Source of the DNA: Acanthaster planci
Taxonomy: Eukaryota
Direction: 5' to 3'
Length of the DNA: 64,000 nucleotides
NCBI RefSeq assembly: GCF_001949145.1
Contig: NW_019091361.1
Coordinates: 1,205,588-1,269,587, forward strand
A model generated the notes under the pieces. The model made no database searches and was not told the origin of the DNA. It worked only from the letters and a program-made list of their open reading frames with translations. Positions 24,401 through 36,400 of this stretch are shown here, in pieces; the first letter of the stretch is position 1, and every line of letters starts with the position of its first letter. The position numbers were made by a program, and so were the translations under genes.

Positions 24401-27400
24401 GAATAGAAAAGGCTACAAGTCGTGACTGGGTAAGGATGCTCCTGCTTTTATTTGAGTGAGGTGTTGCCTCATGTCACGACAGCTCCTCTGAGGTATTGTC
24501 TTGCTTTATTCATGTTTCATGCCTCATTGATTCATCAGTATCTTCACGTCATTGCCAGGCGGTTGCATCTTTACCTTTGCTCATGCACGCATGAAGCCGT
24601 TTGTGGTTCGTGAGCTTGTTTGTCGACGGATCGTTGGTGAGAATTTTTTCCCAGTGTCTAGTTTGGGGAATCTTTTCTATCATTTCCTCATGTTCATTTG
24701 TCGCTCAGAAAATTATCGTCATTAATATTGAAGGCTTGTGGGTCTCAGATTTCACCTTGTATGGTTTATTTCCATTTGACATGTTTGAGCCAATGGGCAC
24801 ACTTGGCGTACTCCACATTGTAGTTGTGTTGGGTAACCTTTAGTTTTATGGGTTTTTCTGCAAAGTACTTGTACATACCATATAAGTATAATACCTGTTT
24901 GTCCAGATGTTCTGTATCACGGAGTCTTTATACAGCAACTTGTCCAAGATGAGGAAAATTGTTTTTAGTGGAAAGCATAACTACCGGTACATTGTGTAAC
25001 TAAAACATTTTGGGGAAAGTGCGTCCATCTTAATATAGTATCAGGGTGGAGATTCAGAGAAAAAATAGTGCAATATGTTCTTTAGGTGTTTGCATGGTGG
25101 TTTAGTTGGCATTCATGGACACATTTCCCCGGATGTGAAATGACCTTGCATATGGGGGGGGGAAAGTGTCCGTGGGAGTTATCAAATGGGTCTAGTGTGA
25201 ATGGTTGCTGGGGATTTGGTGGGATAAAAATCTCCCGGATTTTCGTAGGCATTTATTCCCCGGGGATTCGCTCTGCAGTGTGAAAAGGCCTTAATATAGT
25301 TAGTAGCAGGGTGGAGTTTCAGAGAAAAAAAAAGCAGTTTGTTCTTTATGTGCGTGCAGGGTGGTTTCCCAGTAGTTGGCATACATAGACATCGGCCCTT
25401 TCCAGTGCTAAACATCAATCTTGATGTACGAGTAAATCCCTCCCTCCAAAAAACAAGGACTTTATATCCAGGAAATAGGCTTTCATGCCATTAGTGGATA
25501 CCGGCAGATGTGTGCCATGTTTTTCCCCTCAAATTGCTCCTGTGTTTGCCAATTATCAAAGACTAATGAGCTGTCATGACCTGCTTGGTCGGCACTTTGT
25601 GCAGCCAGAGAGACTCCTAGCCTTGTGCCTACGATGTGTGAATTTTAAAAAAAATCTGTGGCTAATTGTAGCGATCATTCACTGGGTGTCAAGTCCTTAT
25701 CAGAGTTCCTCAGCTTATGTACTCAGTAAAGGCAAACGGTTCACTTTTAAGTACCCACATAATCTTTCACTTGTTGTGAAGCCACGCCTACTTAAAGGTT
25801 TGCACATGGAGGTGTAAGTTCCTTCAGGCAGGTACATGTATGGAGGCCCTGAGAGCATTCTGCTGTCATCCGTTATCATATAACACTTGATGTGAGCATC
25901 CTATCAACGTGAACCAATGAAATCAAGAGTCAGTTCACTGGTACTTTGCCATATTTCCTGTCATCTTGATTTCTGTCATGATTTTAAGTGCCCATGTTGA
26001 TGTGCAAGTGCATGTGCATCTTTCTATTTCTCTGCCTTGGTGACAGTGCTATCCTAATGACTTGGACCCTACTAATTGTTTTTCAGATGCGGACATTGTC
26101 TCATCATGGCTGCATGGTCTAGTTGGTGATCTGCAATTGCCAAAGAAGCCATTTGCGAGTTGAATTTGAATAAAATCTGGTACACTGAGTTATCTCATTG
26201 CACATTAACATAACATTTGAATTATCCAGACTATAGACACTGTTGCTATACCTCGTGATTCGGGGCAAGCTTTCGCTCAGCGACCATCATCTCTGGAATG
26301 GACTGGTTCCTTTGTGCCCCTCTTATCGATTGAGAACAGTGTATTGTTGCAAGCCGTCTTTTATTTATAAGCAAAAGCTTGCCCCGAATCACGAGGTATA
26401 GTAACAGTGATTTTGGTATGGAGAATTCAAATTGTTAGGTTCACGTGAATTTAAAGAACTCAGTGTACCAGATTTGGGTCAACGTTAACTCACAAAAGGC
26501 TTGTTAATAATCGATGACTAGACCAAGTTCAAATGTTATCACATAGAAAGTTCCAATACATGTAGGTCAGACCTCAGACTGGTGTGGGGCAGGAGCTGTC
26601 ATGGAGGTTTGGAAACTGTACCAAGTTTAGAATATCCGTATATCCCGCTAAGCACATGGAATTCATAAAGTCCAGAAGGAAGGATGATGATGACATCGGC
26701 AAAATCAATTGTCAAGAAAGTAACCTGCACAAACTGTGCTACAGCATGTCTGATGAAGGGAGGATGGCACAGTTGGGTCTTCCTTTGTTCCATTCAAAAA
26801 TGAGGGGTGCGCCTGTGGCCCAATTGCCCTCTTCAAAAACTTGGAAAGAAGGGGTTTATGTATGCCTGTGTTAGAGTTTATAGTTGCATATACACGTACA
26901 GCACAAAGCAAGTTCATGGACTGATAATTGTGTCAGGGTTGTACGTGTTCTGCCATAAATGATGACCCCTTAAAATACATGTAATACAGAGTACTGAGGA
27001 ACAGATGCTGGTGGTCAGTTATTCAGGCTTGGTTAAATTATTTGACATTCCTTACAATTTGACAACAGTATTAGTAATACATAATTCCACTGCCTGGGTA
27101 CCTGGTGTTCCACGACCCCTGTACTGCCGAAAGGAACGACAGGAAAGGGGGGGAGGGGAGCCGTTAGCTGCACTTGGATCTGTTTCTATAGGCACCCATA
27201 TTTATTTCATGCAGCAGTAGAATGACATTCCTGTACAGGGCTCCCTCACCTCAGGGCATTCCATAAATCAGGTATCAGAAAAAGCCTGCTTTGTGGATCT
27301 TGCTGTTACATGTAGAGGGCCGGGGCATCTGTCTGCAGAAGTGCATATTGTCATCCACTCACAGTGTAGATGATTATAATATTGAAAGTCGTGGCAAAAT

Positions 27401-30400
27401 CATGGAAAATTGGAGAAGATATGGGTTTCCGGAAATCGAGATTATCTTAGGGCGACGTTGATGGTGTACACAACTGTATTTTTGAATTGATTAGAGAATA
27501 GTGAGAAATTTGCTGGCTGCGCAGTACTGTACATGTATATCCTTGTCAGTCTGGAGTTGTGGACATGGAATTCTTTGAGTTTATAATACCAAACCTTTCT
27601 CTGTGAATGGCATTAAATGGAAAGTCCTTGAATTTGTTTTCAGATTTTCTGTGGGAAACCTGTTCAAGGAAACTTTCCTGCTCCTGAGCACTTCTGTACT
27701 GCCGTCTAAGTTAACAGCATGCCAGACACTTTGTTTCATCCACGAACCTTATCTGAGTGTAACACTTGTTAGTTTCGTTTGGTGTCAATTAAGGTCATTA
27801 CTTATTTCTGTCATACATTTAAGTTCATTTCTCACTGTGCTCAAGTAGTGTGAAACTTCCCAACTGCACCTAAATTGAGGTTAAGAATACAACAATATGT
27901 TCAGGTAGAATTCTCCTGGGCCCTTTAATACAGAATTCACCAAACTGAGAAATTAAGCCTTTCACCAGTTACCCACAAATTTAATGGGATTATGCATGAG
28001 ATCTCAATCATTCACTTCCACAACTTGCCAAGCTATGTGTGTAGTGTGCTTACTGTATTTCAAATGCAGTCATTCATGTGTAAAAAGCAAGTCTGGTCCA
28101 AGCCAGTTTGACTCATCAGGCCGGTGTTTATCTCCGGTTTCCTTGGCATGAAAGGACTGAGAATATTTCTATTCCCCCTGGATGGGATGCCAGTCCATCA
28201 CAGGTTGCTTCCCCGGCTAATGGTGGTACCCATTTATGCTCCTGGGTGGAAAGAGGCAAGCAGGGGTGAAGTGGCTTGCCTAGGGCCACAACATACTGCC
28301 AGCTGCTGGATTCGAACCTCCAACCCTATGATTGGAAGCCACAAACCCTAACCACTTGGCCACATGCCACATTCATGTGTAGTACATGTGCATGTACATG
28401 TACATGTAGTTCCAAATATTGTGTGATGTTGTGCTTCAGTACATACATGTCTATATGTATGCATAATCATGGGACTTCCTCTGAGGTGTAATATTGCAAA
28501 TTCAAACACCATGGCACACATTTGAAGAACTGGGTGAAAACATTTAAAAAATTTCTTTTGTATTGCTGCCAACAACAAAATGTTGTAATTCCATGCAAAG
28601 GTGGGAATTGATCGTGAAATTCCAATCACATTTTATCCATAATACGTCAACAAAGCTTGTTTGTTCAGTAAATGAAAAAAGAAATATAATGTAATTGTTG
28701 TTGGTAATTCCAGAAATTAGGGGTCGAAAAGTTTGACATATTCATGTCCCTGTTACATCAAACCTTTATTGTTAGACATGGAAATATCACCGGAATTGAT
28801 TTCAAACTATTACTATTTGTTTGGCAGGTAATTTGCATTAATTCATCACTCTTGAAAATTTGAAAATGTGTTCTGAATTTACAAAATCATATGTCAGATG
28901 TGACAGAGACACACACACACACACACACAAAGAACCCCTATTTTCTGGAATTACTGTTACATATACTCCCACTATTATCTTTTGAAAAAAGAAACTTCTT
29001 TTGTGTTTGAATAAGAAAAACAATATGGCCAATTTCCATTGTTGCATGGAAACACCCCATGTTTAATGAGAGCATTCAGCAGTTTGTTTACTTTATGCAA
29101 GTATTCTGACAACTCCAGATTACATTGTGAACTTTAATGTACATTAATGACCTGTAATCAAACCATACTGTCAACTTCCAGCAACATGGAGGAAAAACAA
29201 TTTCATAGTTATTTCCACAAGTTGTGCACCTGTTCTGCTTAAAAGCTGTACAGTCTCAATACATCTTACCTGACTGCGGAATAACATGTACATGTATGCA
29301 TAGGGATGAATGGCCAGAAATACTCATTGAAGGAAGGGCAGTGGTCATATTGTATTGACTTGTACATATATCTGATTAAGTGATCAAGGGAATCAGATTA
29401 GAATTAGTGGATCTGAGGTTTAGTGATTGAGGTTTGGAATCCCAGCAGGGGACTGTAATGCTGGTCAGCAGGTGTTTTAGGGAGGGGACACGTTATGAGG
29501 GGGCACTTGCTTCCCAAAGTCTTCCCCGTCAACACTGAGGAATAATGATGAATTATTCACCTGAACAGCCTGGTGTATTCAAATTAGCAGGTAACTTCTG
29601 TGTGACTGAGTACACTGCACACTCCCCTTGGAATTTGGGAGTGACTAATCCTATCACTCACTCTCTCCTGCAAAGTACAGGTGCATGTATGTTTAGATGA
29701 TAGGTGTACAGTGCCTGTTCAGTTTAATAGGGTGACCCAGATACACTGTATATGCCAAATTGTTATATATGCATAGCACATAAAAACCTGTTCTTTTCAA
29801 AATGCCGTACCTCTTCGAATTAGTGGTCCACCTGTTTTGAGTCACTCACCCTTAAATGTTTTGGACTATTTCATGAAGTTCATGACTCCTAAAACAGACT
29901 TGGGTCCGAAACGTTCAACATGCGATAATGTTGGGCACAAATCCCTTGCCTTCCCCCACACGCAGAAGCAAAGTCATCTGGGAAATTCCCAACTTGTTGA
30001 TGTAGCTGTCCCATCAGCAGTCACCGTATGATATCCAGCCTGTAACTGGGTTGCACAAACAGCACAATGTTATTGGGATGTTTTTCGGAGAGCGGCTCTC
30101 TGCTACCATTCCCCCCCCCCCATTGGTTGTCTGGAAATCAATTGACACCCTGCGCTGAATCCCGAGTACGCACTCTACCGCTATTTATCCCCTGCTACAT
30201 CCTGCATTTACCAGAGGGAAAGGGGGTATCGATTGCCGTGTGCGGTAAAGGTCGGAAGAAGCGATAAAGCAATCAGGTTCCTCCAGGATGGGCTGCTGTG
30301 GCGGTCGGCCACATGACTCCGAGGGTGGCAATTAAAACCGAATTACTTGGCTAGTCTGTTGAATGCCGGCAGCAAGGTTCCGTAGGGTTCACCCGTGACT

Positions 30401-33400
30401 GCTGATGATACGAAATTGCTGGATCTTGATGTCGTCGGAAAAGGATGAGTGTAGTTCATTGCTATTGGAGGAAAGAAAAAATGCTGCAGTGCTGCTGATA
30501 AAGTTATACCCTGGTGCCTGTGTTAACATACTGTACGCTCCTTTCGTAACTCTGATTTGGACACTGAAAGTGGATAGGTTTATATGCAGGGGACCAATAT
30601 ATGTATGTACATGTACCACAGAGGGGTTCGAGTACCTAGATTTGCTTGTTGAAGTAAAATTCATGTTAATGTTATTACAATTCACCTTACTTTGAGCCCT
30701 GTCATCAGTCACAAATACATGTGCATGTACCCACACTTGTAGTGAATGATCTTTAAGTTTTTATCGCGTGATTCTGCTTGGTGATGGGTTCCATATGTTG
30801 GGCGTCCATAAACTGCATAGGCATGCCATGCTGACTTAATGCAGATGTACTTTGTGCATTGTTTATGTGCTGGCTCATCTTTCTGCTTGAAGCAGATCTC
30901 GTAGACCATTGGCCGAAATACCTAGCTTTATGTAGAGGGCCTGGAGCGGCATGTGCAGAGTCACTGCAGGGTCATGCATGTGTCGCATGTAATGTCTGAG
31001 GATGGGAAACAACATTGGATCAGGTTGCAAAGACAACATTGGGTCACCAGTGTCGTTCATCACGTGAATGTTTGGCTGTCAAGGGCTTCACTGGGAAAAC
31101 AGAAGTTGACAGGTGTTTTTAATACCATGACAGTTCCTGGAGCATAGTCTGTTCAGCAAGTGTACCCCAAACAAAAACCCACCATCACCTTGAGGGCTTT
31201 GTATACCCAATAACATCGCAAAATTAACCAGAAGAAAGCAGAGCTTGATGAAAAGGTTTCTGGTTGAAAAGTTTATCCATGTCTTAGAGCTCTAGACACA
31301 AAACTGGTCTGAAATTGGTGAAAGGGATTCCGTAAAAATTGTTGCGCCCCAACATGCTACAGCAGTATGAACTCAACAGATAGAGTCATAAATAAATATC
31401 TTTAACATTGTATACACACGTTAGCAATTAGCTTTATGCCTTGTGTTAGATAGAATTGTGCAACATGAAGTAACTTAATGATTCTCATCTGTTTCCAGGT
31501 TAATGTGTAATTATGTATCAGTATGAATAGATTGATAAAGGATACATCTCTGTAAATTTGTGTCATTTGTCTTTGTGTTTCCAAACAAAGTTACCTAGTT
31601 GCAAGTACATGTATGTGTACGTATGTGTGTACACGTACCGATATGTATAAGGTTTTCATAGACAGCTGCAGGTACCACTCTTGGCTCTCTCTTACCATTG
31701 GTCGTGGTTCCAGACTACCTATTATATGTTTGCATGCATGTACAATAACAGTAGAAGCTTTATTATAGTTGTGCATAACTAATATACATGCATTCTCATC
31801 TGCTGCTGCAGGAGTCCGTATGCTGGACGGCGACGTGACTGACGCGGTAGAGGCCAGATCATTAAGTCACCGGCCGGACCACGTGGATATCTACAGTGCC
31901 AGCTGGGGCCCAGATGATGACGGCAAGACTGTGGACGGCCCCGGCCCCTTGGCTAAAACGGCATTCTGCGAAGGGATCACCAAGGTACAGTGGAACGCTG
32001 CTATAACAAACACGCCAGGTCCACGCTAAATGTTCGGTATAACGGTCGTTCGGTATAGCGGAATTCACTGCCGAACATTTTGTTGCCATGTTGAATAACG
32101 TCCTCTCTTGTCTAACTGAAGTGCATTCTCTCGTGATACTATGGTTCACTGTTTTTGTGATGTTTTGCTGTTGCATTGTACCTGTTCATTATTTTGGTTT
32201 CTTTTAATTCTTAAGTTACAAACGTGATTTCAGGTTTATCCTAAAAGTCGTGAAGCTTCTGCTCAGGATCGATCTCTGATGCAAGCTGGGGCAAATCTCG
32301 GTGGCTTGTGTATCAGCAGCGCCCTCTTTAGACTAATGTTAGTGCAATGCCGCAGCGGTGCGCATGCGGCTTTCTTCCTCACCCAATCACTGGGAGTCGC
32401 AAAACCAGCGTCCAGTCAATACTGTTAGCAGATTGACAGTGTGTGCCCTGGCCGTCACTAGAAGACGACTTTGAACAAGTGCGGACCAATGTACCCAGTT
32501 TCTCAGCTAGTTGATTACAATTAACCCTCCAACAACTAGTGACTTTCCCTTCTAATCCTTGGGGAAATAATGGCCAATTGTCACTCTTCAACATAAAAAA
32601 AACGACTGGTTTTATGAAGTTGACGTTAGGGAATTACAGACGGCGACTGCATTGTGTTCGGTAGGTTTTGTGAACAAAATATTGGGAGCCAAGGACAATG
32701 TTCGATACAGCCAAATGTTCAGTATAGCGGTGTTTGGTATAGCGGTGTTCGGTCTAGCGGTGTCCCACTGTAATTACGGACCCCATGCCTAATGACCACT
32801 CATGGTCCCAAACTAATTACCAGTATGTTCATCAGGCCAGTATTTACAAGGCACATCCAGTTTCCTTGGCATGAAATGACAGAGAATTCCCCCCAGTGAG
32901 ATACCAGTCTGTCCAAAGTTGCTCCGCAGCTGAAGCCAGAACTCATTGAAAAATACTCCTGGATGGAGAGAAGCAAACAGGAGTCAAGTGGCTTGCCCAA
33001 GGCTGCGGTTTATTACCAGCAGATGGATTCAAACCCATGAATCAGTGATCTTGAGTCCAAACCCTGTCCAGGCGACATGCATGTACCCTCTAATTTTGAA
33101 CAGTAACATCTCTGTTTAATCTTAATGCTGGAGACATGCATCCTGGGACCCTTTAAAATCCTCCCCTGCGCAGGAAATCTAGCGGCACATTCGCTGCACA
33201 GTAGTCCAATTGTGTTAGTAATCCCAGCACGCACTGATAGATTTCACACCGTCACTATTAGATTGTATCCATTTGCATGCATTATCACGGTCCTGCCTGC
33301 ATGCTTCATGGGTAATTCCCCAGCAGAAGTTGGCTGGAATGAATTCCACAAAGAGGCCGTCTGCACAGATGAATGCAGATGAAAGAACCATAGACGATAT

Positions 33401-36400
33401 TTTAAGAGCAGTGCTTCCTGTTATGTTTCTGTTCTTCCCCTCCCCCGTCTTATGGTTCTCCTAAACGGCTGGGGATTCCATTTTTCCTTGCTCCATAATC
33501 CGGGCAAAAACATATTTATATTATGAGACAGGTTGTAGTGTATATGTACATGTATGTACTTCATATGATATGTGCTCAATACATACATGTAGGAAATGAT
33601 TTCATGTTTCCAGCTTGGACCAGATGACTGTGCTCTTTGCCCTGCTACAAGCTTTTCATAACGTGACATGATCATGCTGATGATGTCTCTTCTAAAGTGC
33701 CACATATATAAGGTCATCACTCAGCACAACCACAAAACCAGTTCCATTACTGCCTATTATGTCTGCTTTCTTGACCTCATGATGACTTGAGAACCATATT
33801 TTAGGAGCATTTGGAAACATGGTTATATGTAATGCACTGTACGTAAAAGTCAGATCGTCCGACCTGATGGAAGTTTAACGGTGCTTAAACATAAACATTA
33901 TTGGCCATCCAAAATAGCTTACATGGTATCCAAAGGACACCCAGACACACATTTGGCAAATGATCTTGACACAAGCACAAGGAAGAACTAAGAACATTAT
34001 AAGTCTTGTATGTTCCTTTTGACAATAGCACTTGTTGTTTGTCATGATGCAGTCATGGATGATTAGGTTTTCATTGGCACTGAAGATATTCAACACCATG
34101 CTATTTCAAGTGCAAGTGGGTCTCAGTGTGACGTGACAGTCCACAGAAAACCATCCTTTCTTGTTCTGTATTTTCCCAATGTGAGAAAAGTAATGTATGT
34201 GTCAGCAAAATACTGACCGCATGTGGGAGGAACCCCATGTTCTGCTTTGCTTTTGATCAGGCGTATTCGAAAAGATGTGCACAGATGCAAGTTACTCTTC
34301 AATGTGACTTAAAGCTGACAAAGTAACAGGCATACTCTGGGGAGTAAAGCATAGATGTACACGTACATACAAATTGTAGCTGTACCAAAAATGTAGACAG
34401 CATTTAGAAAAAAGAGTTCAAAGTGCTTCTTGTATTCAATGTAATGAAATGTCATATTTCCAATTTCCCTGCTAACACTAGGCACATGAGTGTACTGGTA
34501 ATAATATATTGTGTTTGCAGAATTCCATGAGAAACAGAATCATGAACTTGGGCCTTAAAACTTCAGCGCATGACTAAAAGAGATGAATTTGTAGAATCCA
34601 TTCTAAATCCAGCCACAGGATCTCCCACTGGTCCATCGTTTGCTCAGTGTTAAACATACTGCGTTCTGTTCCCATTTGCCACAGGGCCGTGGTGGTCTGG
34701 GTTCCATCTTCATCTGGGCTTCGGGCAATGGCGGCCGGTCCAAGGACAGCTGCAGTTGCGATGGCTACACCAATTCCATCTACACCATCTCGGTTAGCAG
34801 CGTATCGGAGAGGGGCAACATTCCCTGGTACTCGGAACCCTGTGCATCCACGATAGCCACCACCTACAGCAGTGGCAGTAGCGGTGAACAGGAAGTTGTA
34901 AGTTGGCGTGATATGAGGAGGAGAAGGTGGCAATTTCAAATTGGTTCAATGTCCCTGAAATAATGCCACATATACGCAAAGAATATTCACAGATTAAAGT
35001 TTGCCATTTCCTATTTGATGAGAGCCTGTCACATGGTTGGTTTTGACGAATGTTAAATTGCAGGCGCAGTCAATTATCAACCCCGGCCCCTATCCTGTTT
35101 TAATCATATTGGTTTAAAGATATAATACAAAACTGCTGCAGATTGCTTGCTGACTACAGTGACGTAATATACAAATCTCAAAATATGGAGGGCCTGACGT
35201 TTTGATCCTAGCAGAATCTCTCTCAAAGGCAAGGATATTGAGAAAGATTCTGCTGGGATTTTGCCTTTGAGAAAGATTCTGCCAGGATCGAAGTGTCAGG
35301 TCCTCCATATTGGTTTAAAGCACTCCGTCGCAGTTTTATTCCCTTGTTTGCTCAACATAAAGAGGAACAGTTAAAGAAAATGGCAACAAGAATCCAGCTT
35401 ATTCACAGCTCAAGAATAGTATTTCCATTGAGATTTCTTAACATGACAAGAAAACATAACGTGATGCACTTGAGGAATTCTCCAACTAGAGTTCATTGGT
35501 CCCTGTGGTGAAACCAGTACATAAACTTGTTTATTGGGTCAGATTTTATTCATGCCACACTTGAGCTGTCTGTAGGAAGAGTGACGTACTACCCCTTAAC
35601 CCTTTCGTGGCGGGATTCTTTTGACCGCAACTGCTGGGCTGTGGTATGCCCAGTATGCAAAGCTCTGTCCAGCAGCAGGCCCCATTGAACCAGCAGCTGC
35701 ATGGTGAATAGACTGTACATGTATGTGTGGTATGCACTATAAATCCTCACACAGTGGTGCGGCGTTTGCAGTCTTCAGTCATGAAGGAGTTAAACATTGT
35801 TGGCCGTTCCCTTTGGCAGATAACAACTGACCTGAATCTGGGCTGCACCGATAAACACAGCGGCACCTCGGCCTCGGCCCCGCTAGCTGCCGGCATATGT
35901 GCTCTGGCACTTCAAGCAAAGTAAGAAAAACATATCTGGTTTAATATTTCCTGTCATTTAATTGAAATCAGATGGGACGTTGCCAATATGCTGTCGGTGA
36001 TCAACATTTCAGAAATATGCAGTGTTGACCCCATCACGTTCTGAGTTGGGATGTTTGTGGCAACAGTGCAAGCTTTGCGCCCCTGAATCAAGCTTGACTT
36101 TATTCTTAGTACCAGCATGGAGGTATCAGGGTACCAGCAATATGGTCTTTTAGCCGGTACCCTGTATTTTACAGAGTGCTAGCTGAGATGCAGTACAGGC
36201 CTTTAGAAGGAAGTAAATTCAACACCTGCTTTGTTTCAATCAGTTTGCTGTCCTTTCTCCAAGACTGAAGACCTTCTTAATTTTCATTCTCCTGCTGTGT
36301 TTCCATTGCAGTCCCCATCTGACATGGAGAGATCTTCAGCACATAATTGTCTTGACATCCAGATGGGAGCACTTGAATGCACCAGACTGGATGAGCAATG

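Noticed and set aside
29400..29730. Possible additional SINE on +
   Set aside because: Only a weak B-box-like word; no second copy in the window to define boundaries.
15489..31811. Additional duplicated copies of furin exons 5 or 6 in the two long introns
   Set aside because: Scanned by eye for DPxPRY-like and HGTRC-like coding with matching phase and found none; a divergent copy could have been missed.
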